Below, in pieces: positions 42,801 to 51,803 of a DNA stretch of 64,000 bases. How positions within the stretch are numbered: position 1 is the stretch's first letter; each line of letters starts with the position of its first letter. Both the position numbers and the translations under genes were made by a program. Below the pieces are notes generated by a model. It ran no database searches, was not told the origin of the DNA, and saw nothing but the letters and a program-made list of their open reading frames with translations. The stretch comes from an uncultured Verrucomicrobiae bacterium (GTDB lineage Bacteria > Verrucomicrobiota > Verrucomicrobiia > Limisphaerales > JAFGQR01): assembly GCA_963788655.1 (NCBI GenBank), contig CAWBHS010000062.1, positions 64,001-128,000 of the forward strand, given 5' to 3'.

Positions 42801-44332
42801 GAAGCGGTCCCGCTGAGCGTGTAGGTCACCGTCGCCGGCCCACTGGTGTCGCCGTAGCGTTGCAGCGTGAATGCCCCGGGATCATTGCCGGATTCCGTGG
42901 CCGAAGAATCCGTGGCAGTGAGCGTAATGATCTGCACGCCGGAGGGCGGAGGGGTCGGAGCGCCGTAAAACATCACGTCGTCCAACCGCATGAATTCGCC
43001 GGTAGTGTCGGTGTCGTCGAACAGGTACAAGCGGAACTCGACCGGCTGCACCACGCCTACAAATTCGGGATCGTCAAACGTGGCCATCAGCGGCGTGAAC
43101 GAAACAGCGGTGTCATTGCCCGGCACGGAAAGGCTGGCCAGATCGACGGTAAAGTTGTCGAGGCTGGAGCGCACCACGACGTGGGCCGTGTTGAAGGTGG
43201 CGGCCTGGAGCTTGGCTTGAGCCATAATGGCGGAAAAGTTAATCGCGTAGCCGGGATGGGGCGCGAGCGTGAAACTCACGTAACTGTTGCCGGTCACAGC
43301 GCTGGACTCATCCCCGGCGCTGGCGCTCGCTCGCGCATAGAAGCCCGAAGGTGCGGACACATAGGCGCCAGTCCCGTAGCCGTGGCCATTCCCCGTGGAA
43401 CCGCCCGCGCCAAATGTCCCCAATCCACTGCCCGCCGTGGCATTGAGCGCCGTTACCCGCTCGGGATCGGGCAACGTGGCGGCAGCCACCGCGTCGAGGG
43501 TGGCCGCCGTGTTGTCGTTTTCGTTGAAGTAATACGCCGCCAGCAAGCTGAGATCGTTATCCACACCCACGAGCAATTGCGGCCGAAGGTTCACGTCGGG
43601 GGCGCTGTCGTCCTGGAAACGCGAGAAATAGGTGTTGGCGCCTTCGGCTTTGCGTTTCAGCAGCAGGTGGAGCGTTTGGGGGCTGTTCGTCACCGCCGCG
43701 CGCACTGCTTCCACCAGCCCATCCGGACCGGTCCCGCTGTCCGGCCAATACCAGCCGGGACTTCCCCATACGGCTTGGACGGGCGAAGTCCTGGTGCCGA
43801 CGTTGCCGCGCTCGCGCAATTCCGGCCCGACAAATCCTCCGGCGTTGGTGCCGGTGCCGTCCGGATCGTTCCACGTAGCCGTCGCTTCATCGAAAGGCAG
43901 GGTGAGATGAACCGAGTGGGTGGAGCTGCCGCCGGCACCGGCACTGTCGTGAGTAAGGATCAGCGCGGCGCTGTCAATGCGGCTGAGGTCGCCGCCGGCC
44001 AGGTTGGTGAGATAGGAGACATCGAAGGACAGTATCGTCCGGTATGTCGCCGAGTCGTTATTGCCCACCAGCAATGGCGCGCCGTTCTGAGAACTCGAGG
44101 CCTGGTCCGAACGAAGACACGTAGCGTCTATGTTGTAGGCCGCATCCAGGAGCCGGCCGTTGATGCTAATTCCTTCCCAATCGTAAGCGATGCGCAGGTT
44201 GCCTGGTTGAAAACTGACGAACGAGCCGGCGGTAGCCGACCAAGCCACGGCCATCCATAAGGCGATGGTTACGGCAACGACCAAACTCTTGATCCCCCCA
44301 GGGACCGCATAATTCTGAGCGCGCATTTTCAT
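39812..44332 (-). CDS. Secreted FAD-dependent oxidoreductase with DNRLRE-like, Calx-beta and golvesin/xanthan-lyase-CBM-like domains and C-terminal RFY domain
   Basis: Signal peptide; DLVVVGGGIAG, FIDSTGDG, KRESRRLVG and IPFRCLY..RVMNT; GTASNGVDY Calx-beta repeats; YLHDGN..NRATNVPV..ADAV. Confidence 0.88.
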   Translation of the reverse strand: MKMRAQNYAVPGGIKSLVVAVTIALWMAVAWSATAGSFVSFQPGNLRIAYDWEGISINGRLLDAAYNIDATCLRSDQASSSQNGAPLLVGNNDSATYRTILSFDVSYLTNLAGGDLSRIDSAALILTHDSAGAGGSSTHSVHLTLPFDEATATWNDPDGTGTNAGGFVGPELRERGNVGTRTSPVQAVWGSPGWYWPDSGTGPDGLVEAVRAAVTNSPQTLHLLLKRKAEGANTYFSRFQDDSAPDVNLRPQLLVGVDNDLSLLAAYYFNENDNTAATLDAVAAATLPDPERVTALNATAGSGLGTFGAGGSTGNGHGYGTGAYVSAPSGFYARASASAGDESSAVTGNSYVSFTLAPHPGYAINFSAIMAQAKLQAATFNTAHVVVRSSLDNFTVDLASLSVPGNDTAVSFTPLMATFDDPEFVGVVQPVEFRLYLFDDTDTTGEFMRLDDVMFYGAPTPPPSGVQIITLTATDSSATESGNDPGAFTLQRYGDTSGPATVTYTLSGTASNGVDYESLSGSVAFAAGATNVTIPVVPLDDNVPEPEETVILTLNTNAAYIIAGPTTATVRIADDNDPPEFTVEATKPSTYESGLGLEGEFTIHRVLGDTNSAVAVQFTLGGTADNGVDYTTSATNSIQFEPGITAKTITITPLDDAELEGNETVVLHLESGDGYTVGSADSAIVTLIDDEAATNASLLLEAESLAERGGWVVDQQFVDRMGSPYLLAHGKGYPVADAVTTAQFPAPGAYRLWVRTKDWTAPRPDHPGAFTVAVDGVEAGATFGTVGQSWLWQDGGLVIVAQVATEVRLHDLTGFEGRCDALFFTTDMNFVPPNSLPELTTWRRAQLGIPDVPPSAGNFDLVVVGGGIAGCAASIAAARQGLQVALIHDRPFPGGNASQDVRVHTLGDTMGGIVTEINTPDFLIGSDQFIQTDQARLQVLLAETNLHLFTEWRAFAANTNGSRIISIDAKHTRTGEERRFFAPVFIDSTGDGWIGYWAGALYRTGREPRAAFNESLAPVEPDSMRNGSTLSWNSRNTGKPVTFPAVPWAMGVAKDYYQTRGDWYWEYGLLSDTIYDAEEIRDHLLQAIYGTWSNVKQRAGNENLDLDWVAYISGKRESRRLVGDYVLTESDVRNHPFFEDAVVTESREIDLHYTRPGDYDFLTYAQFTGISPYWIPFRCLYSTNVDNLMMAGRCLSATHVGLGSPRVMNTCGQMGVATGNAAALCKQYNTSPRGVYQSHIAELQGLIGLNEYFGTPDQTVTVLDNADTNHVQLVGDWTSSTSNSGFYRADYLHDGNTGKGTKSVTFQPDLPLRGWYRVYLRWTASNNRATNVPVDVHCTAGVITETVNEQIDAGNWYLLGTYLFDLGNAGSVVIRTTDTTLYVIADAVVFAADFPIDPTYTGMPWEDEDADGVCNYVEWLNGTDPDDPLSNVKVNLQSLGGFAVLHFVTMANQSYTVQYRDSLTTGHWQSLTNLNASPLTREIQITDPLPISGEMRFYRLVATSAP

Positions 44333-45361
44333 GACTACACAAGCTGATTACGGCCCTTCGGATGCCAGCAAAACATTGTATCGTTTCGATTGCATGATGG
44401 AGGGCTTCATCAAATCTTTCATAGCACAAGCGATTCCGATTAGCCATGAGCATTTGCGTTTGAATTCTTCAAGATTGCGGCGCGGCGTGGGTGATTGGGA
44501 TTGAAGAGTTGAAAGGTGGATCGTCCATGGCGCTGCGCCGGTAAAGGTTTGGACCAGCGTACCGCGTGTACCGAGATTCAAAATGGCATTCGACATTATT
44601 AAAAACCATCTGGTGCATATCGAGCGGTTCCTGCCCTTCGGGACAGCCGGGTGGGCTGTGCGACCAGCAGGCAAGCCATCCAAACCATGATTGCTCATGG
44701 CCATCAGAAATTATTTCAGATTTGTTGAAAGAAAGTCGTCGGCACTCCGTATATAAGGGCGTATCCACACTGGTTCCGATGGTGGGACTAAATTTTTTGA
44801 CAGGTGAGTTAAAGAGTCGAGTAGGTAAGGGGAATAGACGGGCAAGTCGGTTTTCCGGTTTGCTCGCGGGCTTGCAGCAACGCCGATTTTAGCGCGTCGA
44901 GCAAGCAGTTACAGTCGGCGGTTACCTTGGCGGTGTTTGGTCAGGGTAACCGCCGAAGCCACGGAATAGTGACAATTGCCGATCGGGGGGAGTCGCTTTC
45001 GCGGATACTTCATGGCCTCCTGGACCGCAATAACGGACATTCATGCGTTGAAGGGATGGAACGGTAAAGAATGCTCGCAGACCAATCACATTTTCCGCCG
45101 TTCTAATGCGCACCCCCTCATACGCCTCAACGCTTCAATCTTTTGCAAACGACTCTGCCCCCCATTGATCAAGCGCAGTTCGGGATTGTGTCTTGGGGCG
45201 CACTTGCTTAAATCGGGCGTTGTATCCATGAATCGAAACCGTCCAGTTCATACTCAACGCGCGTTCTTGTGAATCCACGAATTGTTGCTGCTCCTTCCTC
45301 ACGTGTCGCCGATGGCCCTCCAAGACCCTCGCGGTTCAAGCGACTAGCCCGCTGGTTACCG

Positions 45362-47839
45362 ATGGGATTTGTCGTTCGGTTGGCCTCCGCCGCCGGCGCC
45401 GCTGCAGAGCGCCGCAAACTCCCTTGGTCCAAAAGGGCGGCGCGCTGCCGAGACACCGCTACGGTCTGCCTCGCACCGGTTCCGCGTTTCCCCAAATTCG
45501 CGCTGTGGCTCGTCGTGCTTACGGGCTCGCTCGGATTGGTCGTGTCCGCCTGTGCCGCTGGCGGCCTGATTGCAAACGGCGGCTACGAAGCGCGCTTGCA
45601 AGGCTGGAGCCAATTCTGGTCGCGCGAAGCGGGCGCCGGCCAAGCGGAACTGGAAACCAACGAGGTCCACAGCGGGCGCACGGCCTTGCAGGTGGTGCAT
45701 CGCGGGGAACAGGATTGGAGTTACAGCACCGACCAGCGATTGCCGGTGCGCGCCGGTGATATTTACAGTCTGGAAGGATGGGCCAAGGCCCAAGGCCCGG
45801 GGGATGCCACCTTGGGGGTCATCGCCTACGACCGCGAGGGCCGGGCAGTCGATTGGGTATTGGGAGGCCGGAGTGTCCGCGACGCGAAAGACTGGACCGT
45901 GTTGCGTTCGCGGTTTGTCATCCCGTCGAAAGTCACCTCAATTCTACCCCGCTGGATCGGGCACGGCAACGTAACGGCGTGGCTGGATGATGTTTCACTC
46001 CGGCGGACGGGCAGTCTGGCGGAACTGCGCCGGGCCGATCTGCCCGCCGAACTGGCACTGACCAATGCCCTGCTGGCCGTGGAACTCCGCACCGCGGACG
46101 GCACGATTTCCGTCCACGATACGCGTGCTGGAAAAAGTTGGGCGCAGCAATCCATGGCCCAGGATTGGGTGGTGAAAGATGCGCGGGTGGGTGCCCAACT
46201 TGAAATCGATTTCCTGCACATTTCTTCGGGCCAGGAATTCAAGGCGGTGCTCCGCTTGGAACCGAATCTCCCGGAATTGACGATTACCTTGAGCGGCGAC
46301 GGCGAACTGGCGGCGCCGTTGCGTTACCCGCATCCCTTCGTGAGCGAGCCGGGCACCTATCTGGTCGTGCCCATGAACGAAGGCATTTCGTATCCAGTCG
46401 AGGACGATTCCATCTCGCCCATGCGCCTGATCACCTATGGCGGCCACGGAATCTGTATGGGCTTTTGGGGCGTGACCGATGGCGAACGCGGCCAGATGGC
46501 CATCATCGAAACTGCGGACGACGCGGCCATTCGCATTGACCGCGTGGACGGCAAACTTTACGTCGCGCCTGAATGGGATCCGCAAAAAGGGCAGTTCGGT
46601 TACGCGCGCAAACTGCGCTACGTGTTCTTCGACCACGGCGGGTACGTGGCCATGGCCAAGCATTACCGGGCGTATGCGCAGCGCATTGGCCGGTTCAAAA
46701 CGCTGGCGCAAAAACGGCAGGAGAATCCGAATGTCGATCAGCTCATCGGCGCGGTGAATGTCTGGTGTTGGGACCGGGACTCGGTGGACCTCGTGCGGGA
46801 AATGAAAGCGCGGGGCATTAATCACATTCTCTGGAGCAACCGCCAATCGCCTGAAAACCTCCGGGCGCTCAACGCCCTCGGCGTGTTGACCAGTCGGTAC
46901 GACATCTACCAGGACGTGATGAATCCGGACAATTTCAAACACCTGCGCGGCACCCACGGGGACTGGGTGACCGCCGCCTGGCCAAAAGACATTGTCATCG
47001 ATGCCAATGGCAATTGGCTGCGTGGCTGGCGCGTGAAAGGCACCGACGGCCAGTGGTATCCTTGCGGCGTAATCTGCGACAAACAGGCGCCGGTCTATGC
47101 GGCGCAGCGCATTCCGGCGGAGTTGGCGGACCATCCCTACCGCTGCCGGTTTATCGACACCACCACCGCCGCGCCTTGGCACGAGTGTTACGCGCCGGCC
47201 CACCCGATGACCCGCACCGAAAGCCGCCAATGGAAAATGAAGCTGCTCGAATACGTTTCGCACGACATGAAACTCGTCACCGGCTGCGAAACCGGCCACG
47301 ATGCGGCAGTGCCGTATCTCCATTACTTCGAAGGCATGCTAAGCCTGGGCCCGTATCGCGTGCCCGATGCGGGGCGCGACATGATGCGGGTCTGGGACGA
47401 CGTGCCGGAGCGCGTGGCCAAGTTCCAGTTGGGCCACCGGTATCGGCTGCCGCTGTGGGAATTGGTGTATCACGACTGCGTGGTGGCCCAATGGTATTGG
47501 GGCGACTACAACAACAAGCTGCCGGCGCTGTGGGACAAGCGCGATCTGTTCAACGCCCTTTATGGCACGCCGCCGATGTTCATGTTCAACCGCCAGCGTT
47601 GGGAGGCGAACCAGGACCGTTTCGTCCAAAGCTACCAAACCACCTGCCCCATTGCCCGCGCCACCGGCTATTCCGAAATGACGGACCACCGTTTCCTGAC
47701 GCCCAATCGCGACGTGCAACAAACCACCTTTGCCAACGGTGTCACCGTGACCGTGAATTTTGGAGCACGCCCTTATCACCCCGAAACTGGCAACGACCTT
47801 CCACCCCACCGAATGAGCGTGAAGGGGCCTGGTTTTTGA
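45362..47839 (+). CDS. CBM4/9-like domain + GH101/GH129-like glycoside hydrolase; start uncertain
   Basis: IANGGYE..W..VHSG; FIDTTTA, GCETGHD, PLWELVYHD and VQQTTFANGVTVTVNFG. Confidence 0.72.
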   Translation: MGFVVRLASAAGAAAERRKLPWSKRAARCRDTATVCLAPVPRFPKFALWLVVLTGSLGLVVSACAAGGLIANGGYEARLQGWSQFWSREAGAGQAELETNEVHSGRTALQVVHRGEQDWSYSTDQRLPVRAGDIYSLEGWAKAQGPGDATLGVIAYDREGRAVDWVLGGRSVRDAKDWTVLRSRFVIPSKVTSILPRWIGHGNVTAWLDDVSLRRTGSLAELRRADLPAELALTNALLAVELRTADGTISVHDTRAGKSWAQQSMAQDWVVKDARVGAQLEIDFLHISSGQEFKAVLRLEPNLPELTITLSGDGELAAPLRYPHPFVSEPGTYLVVPMNEGISYPVEDDSISPMRLITYGGHGICMGFWGVTDGERGQMAIIETADDAAIRIDRVDGKLYVAPEWDPQKGQFGYARKLRYVFFDHGGYVAMAKHYRAYAQRIGRFKTLAQKRQENPNVDQLIGAVNVWCWDRDSVDLVREMKARGINHILWSNRQSPENLRALNALGVLTSRYDIYQDVMNPDNFKHLRGTHGDWVTAAWPKDIVIDANGNWLRGWRVKGTDGQWYPCGVICDKQAPVYAAQRIPAELADHPYRCRFIDTTTAAPWHECYAPAHPMTRTESRQWKMKLLEYVSHDMKLVTGCETGHDAAVPYLHYFEGMLSLGPYRVPDAGRDMMRVWDDVPERVAKFQLGHRYRLPLWELVYHDCVVAQWYWGDYNNKLPALWDKRDLFNALYGTPPMFMFNRQRWEANQDRFVQSYQTTCPIARATGYSEMTDHRFLTPNRDVQQTTFANGVTVTVNFGARPYHPETGNDLPPHRMSVKGPGF

Positions 47840-47907
47840 TGAAGCGCGTCATCCTGCTGAACCGTAGCAGCCGACGTGAGGAGGCTCTGACTTCATTTTT
47901 TGCTTAA

Positions 47908-48057
47908 GCCCTGAAACCCGATTACCGACCGGTGCAAACCATTGACTGGAAACTCGTTCCTGAGAGTTGGGAGATTCTAAAATACCGAGTGCTCGATGTG
48001 GGCCTTTCCGACCATCGCCCGGTGTTTGTGGACGTCAAGCCCTCGGGCAGCCCTTAA
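47908..48057 (+). pseudogene. 3' remnant of endonuclease/exonuclease/phosphatase (EEP) gene
   Basis: Hand translation PDYRPVQTIDWKLV..YRVLDVGLSDHRPVFVDV*; in-frame stop immediately upstream. Confidence 0.6.
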
Positions 48058-48427
48058 AGTGCTGAAACCGACGGGCGCCGCTTCGAACATCAGCAATCCG
48101 TTCGCGGCGTAAGGCGTCACACCCTTTCTGAGCTTGTGCGTGAAATCTTCTGGAGAGAATTCGAGATCGAAATGTGCCAGACCGACCAGGATGGAGGCCG
48201 TGTTTGGATCAGCATTGACGGTCATCGCCAGGTTCAACTCCGCCCGACGGATCGAGGCGGTGCCGAAGGACGCCATGCCAGATGGGGAAGGTTCGGGCAG
48301 AATCGCCATCGATTTGACGGCTTGGTGACATCGCCTCCCCCCTCCAAAGAACCTCTTTACATCCCGCGTGTCCGTCATAATCATGGCCTCACAAAATGAA
48401 TTCCAACTTAGCGATCTTGCTATGGTC

Positions 48428-49726
48428 ATGAAAGAAAACGTTCCTGCCTCACTCAATCGCCGCCAGTTTCTCCAACGCGCCGCTACGGCTCTCGCCGCGC
48501 CGGTGGTGGTGCGCAGCTCGGTATTGGGTTTGAACGGCGCCGTTGCTCCCAACAGCCGCATCACTTTTGGCGGAATCGGCTTCGGCAACCGGGCGCAGCA
48601 TATCATGCCGAATTTCCTCGCGTTCCCCGACGTGCAATGGATTGCGTCCAGCGACTGCCGGGCGGACCGGTTAAAAGGCTGCAAGGCGTTTGTCGATGCC
48701 CACAACAAAAACCAGGACTGCCGCACCTATCCGGATTTTCGCGAGATGCTGGCCCGGCCAGATCTGGACGCCGTTTTTATCGCCACTGGGAACCGCTGGC
48801 ACGGCATGGCTTCCAGTTATGCCGCGCGCGCCGGCAAGGATGTTTATTGTGAGAAGCCGGTGACCCTTACCATTCGCGAGGGACGTTCGTTGGTGAACAC
48901 CTGCCAACGGTTTGGGGCCGTGTACCAGGCCGGCACGCAGCGGCGTTCGACCGAGTCGTATCAGTTCGCGCGCGACATGGTGCTGCAGGGCAAAATCGGC
49001 AAATTGCGGACCGTGGAAATGCAAGTGTGGGCCGGCCCGGCCATCCCGCATCAAAAGGCGACGCCGGTGCCCGCCGGCTGGGACTATGATACGTGGCTGG
49101 GGCAGACACCCTGGCGTCCGTTTGTGCCGGCGCGGGTAGGCGCGTGGCAATATTTTTGGGACACCGCGGAAGGCATCATCACGGACATGGGCATGCACTA
49201 CACCGATCAAATGCAATGGGTGTTGGGCACCGACGACACTGGTCCGCTGGAGTTTGAGGGCGAGGCGGTATTCCCCGATTCCGTCCAGTTCATGAGCGAC
49301 ACGCCGATCACGGCAACTGCCCGTTGCCGTTACGCCAATGGAATCGAAGGCGTGATGTATCAACGGGGCGGATTTGGCGAGCGCTACATTCGTTACATCG
49401 GCGACGAAGGCTGGATCCAGGTGGACGACGAAACCGACATCGTCACTGCCGAACCCAAGTCCATTCTCAAGTTGAAGACCGCAGGCGGTGTCAGTTGGGC
49501 TAACGCGGGCGCGCACATTCGCAATCTGCTCGACAGCATTCGCAGTCGCCGTCCGACGCTGTGCCATCCCGAAGTCGCGCACCGGGCCATCACGATTTGC
49601 CAGGCCATGAACATCGGCTTGCGGTTGGGCCGGAAATTGAAATGGGACCCGGTCAAGGAACAGTTCGACGTTGAGGAAGCCAACCGGATGATGTGGCGCG
49701 AGCCGCGGGCCCCGTGGCGGATTTGA
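48428..49726 (+). CDS. Gfo/Idh/MocA oxidoreductase, Tat-exported
   Basis: NRRQFL twin-arginine signal; GIGFGNR, YCEKP, GTQRRS and WLG motifs. Confidence 0.92.
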   Translation: MKENVPASLNRRQFLQRAATALAAPVVVRSSVLGLNGAVAPNSRITFGGIGFGNRAQHIMPNFLAFPDVQWIASSDCRADRLKGCKAFVDAHNKNQDCRTYPDFREMLARPDLDAVFIATGNRWHGMASSYAARAGKDVYCEKPVTLTIREGRSLVNTCQRFGAVYQAGTQRRSTESYQFARDMVLQGKIGKLRTVEMQVWAGPAIPHQKATPVPAGWDYDTWLGQTPWRPFVPARVGAWQYFWDTAEGIITDMGMHYTDQMQWVLGTDDTGPLEFEGEAVFPDSVQFMSDTPITATARCRYANGIEGVMYQRGGFGERYIRYIGDEGWIQVDDETDIVTAEPKSILKLKTAGGVSWANAGAHIRNLLDSIRSRRPTLCHPEVAHRAITICQAMNIGLRLGRKLKWDPVKEQFDVEEANRMMWREPRAPWRI

Positions 49727-49791
49727 CTTTCAACGCGATGAATTACCTGAAAGCCAGCTTTAAACCACTGAACCTTTTACGATCCTGGAAA

Positions 49792-51783
49792 ATGAATTTG
49801 CGAACTTGTGGAACTTTTTTAGTGCTGAGCGCCTGTTTGATTTCCGCCCTGCCCGCCACCGCGGCCTCGGCGAACATCGATCAGTGGGTGGCCAACGCCG
49901 CCAAACACGAAGTGGGCGCCAGTATGGAATCATTTCGGCAGCTCGAAATCCTGGTCAAACAGTCCACCAAGGACAAGGCGCTGAAAGCGGAGTTGGAACA
50001 AGGACTGATCAAGCTGCTGGCTCCGGACACGACTTACGCCGCCAAACATTTTGCCTGCAAACAACTGGCAGTGATTGGCTCCGAAGCATGCCTGCCCGCG
50101 GTGGGCGAATTGCTGAAAAACAAAGAAACCGTCAGTCTGGCCTGCCTGGCGCTGAGCACCAATCCTTCCGCCAAGATCAACGGTCTGCTGCGCCCGGCGC
50201 TCGCCGACTCATCGGGCTTGGCCAAGGTGCAGATCATCAGCATTCTGGCCAATCGCCGAGTCGGCGAGGTCGTGCCGGATTTGATCCAATTGAGCAAGGA
50301 CGCGGATACCGCGATCGCCGAAGCCGCGCTTGCGGCGTTGGGCCGAATTGCCACGCCTGAAGCCTGCGGTGAATTGGCGCGGTTGCGGAAAGACCTCAAA
50401 TCACCGCACACCCCGGTCGTGCTTGAAGCCTCGTTGCAATCGGCAGGTGAGTTGGTTGCCGCCGATGAGAAGAAGATGGCCACGGTGATTTACCGGCGCC
50501 TGGCTGACCCCGATATGCCCCGCCGGATTCGTTGCGCCGCGTTGGCCGGATTGTTTCGGTGTGACCGGGACGGTGGCGAACAACGCATTTTTGTTGTGCT
50601 GCGCACGCAGGACCCGGTCTTGAAACCGGTGGCCATTGCCGCCATTCCTTCGCTCAAGTCGCCCCGCGCGTCCGCCAAGCTCGCCAGGGAATTGCCGCGT
50701 TGTGAGCCGCATGAACAGGTGCTGCTGATCCAGGCCTTGGCGGCCCGCGGTGATGCTGCCGCCAAGACGGCCATTAACGCGCAAGTCAATGCCAAGGACG
50801 TGGCCGTGCGCCAGGCCGCGATTCGTGCGGTTTCCGATATCGGCGATGCCACGTCGGTGCCTTTGTTGACCAAGGCGTTGGTGTCCGCCGCCCAACCACA
50901 GGAAGCGCAGTTCGTCGAACAAGCCCTGAGCAGCCTGCGCGGCGGAGCGGAAATTAACCGGGCGATCATTGCCGAATTGCCAACGGTCCCCGGTGAAACT
51001 TGCGCCCGGCTCATCAGCGTCCTGTCCCGACGCGGCAGCACCGAGGCCGTTCCGGCGTTGCTGAGTGAAACCGCGGAACCGGCCACGGCCAAAGCCGCGT
51101 TCCAGGCGCTGGGCAAGTTGGCGTCGGCCAAAGAACTGGACACGCTGGTCGAACAATTGGTGAACTTGAAAGTTCCCGCCGCCCGCAATGAGGCCGAGAG
51201 CGCGGTGGCCCAGGTGATGTTGAAGGTGCCGGAGGCGGATCGTCGTTCCGCCGCCGTGTGCAAGGCGCTGGCGCAAACCACCGACCTCGACACCCGCTGC
51301 TCGTTGCTTGGTTTGTTGCCCACCGGTGGCGATGCGACCGCCTTCGCGGCTTTGAAGCCGGTGTTGACGGACAGTGATTCCCGCGTTCGGGACACGGCGA
51401 TTCGCGCGCTGGCGCAATGGCCCAATGCGACGGCGTGGAACGCCTTGCTGGACGTTTACCAAAAACCGGGCAGCGAGGCCCATCGCGTGATTGCTATTCG
51501 CGCGCTGGTGCGGTTGGTCGGTGACGAGAACGCCAAGCCAGGTCCGACCATGGTCGAGCATTACCGGCAGTTGTTGGCCGATGCGAAGAACGACGAAGAC
51601 CGCAAATTGATTTTGGGCGCTTTGGGCGGCGCTCCCTCCGCCGAGGCCCTCCAGCTTGCGCTGCCGCTTCTGGCCAACGCTTCGGTGCGCGCCGAGGCGG
51701 AACTGGCCGTGAAGAAGATTGCCGCAGCCATCAATGACAAGAATCCACAGGCCGCGCAGGAAGCTCTCCAAAAATTGAAATAA
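49792..51783 (+). CDS. Secreted HEAT-repeat protein
   Basis: Signal peptide; repeated AALAALGRI / VRQAAIRA helices. Confidence 0.85.
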   Translation: MNLRTCGTFLVLSACLISALPATAASANIDQWVANAAKHEVGASMESFRQLEILVKQSTKDKALKAELEQGLIKLLAPDTTYAAKHFACKQLAVIGSEACLPAVGELLKNKETVSLACLALSTNPSAKINGLLRPALADSSGLAKVQIISILANRRVGEVVPDLIQLSKDADTAIAEAALAALGRIATPEACGELARLRKDLKSPHTPVVLEASLQSAGELVAADEKKMATVIYRRLADPDMPRRIRCAALAGLFRCDRDGGEQRIFVVLRTQDPVLKPVAIAAIPSLKSPRASAKLARELPRCEPHEQVLLIQALAARGDAAAKTAINAQVNAKDVAVRQAAIRAVSDIGDATSVPLLTKALVSAAQPQEAQFVEQALSSLRGGAEINRAIIAELPTVPGETCARLISVLSRRGSTEAVPALLSETAEPATAKAAFQALGKLASAKELDTLVEQLVNLKVPAARNEAESAVAQVMLKVPEADRRSAAVCKALAQTTDLDTRCSLLGLLPTGGDATAFAALKPVLTDSDSRVRDTAIRALAQWPNATAWNALLDVYQKPGSEAHRVIAIRALVRLVGDENAKPGPTMVEHYRQLLADAKNDEDRKLILGALGGAPSAEALQLALPLLANASVRAEAELAVKKIAAAINDKNPQAAQEALQKLK

Positions 51784-51803
51784 CTCCAATAGTACAAAAC
51801 GAT

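Noticed and set aside
42521..44260. Long antisense ORFs (also 7046-8545, 21802-23304, 55355-57079 and others)
   Set aside because: Shadow frames of high-GC genes with no protein motifs.
44348..45260. Short ORFs or an ncRNA in the long intergenic region
   Set aside because: No recognisable motifs or convincing structure; left unannotated.
47977..48726. 249-aa minus-strand ORF
   Set aside because: Overlaps the Gfo/Idh/MocA gene and the EEP remnant antisense; no recognisable domain.
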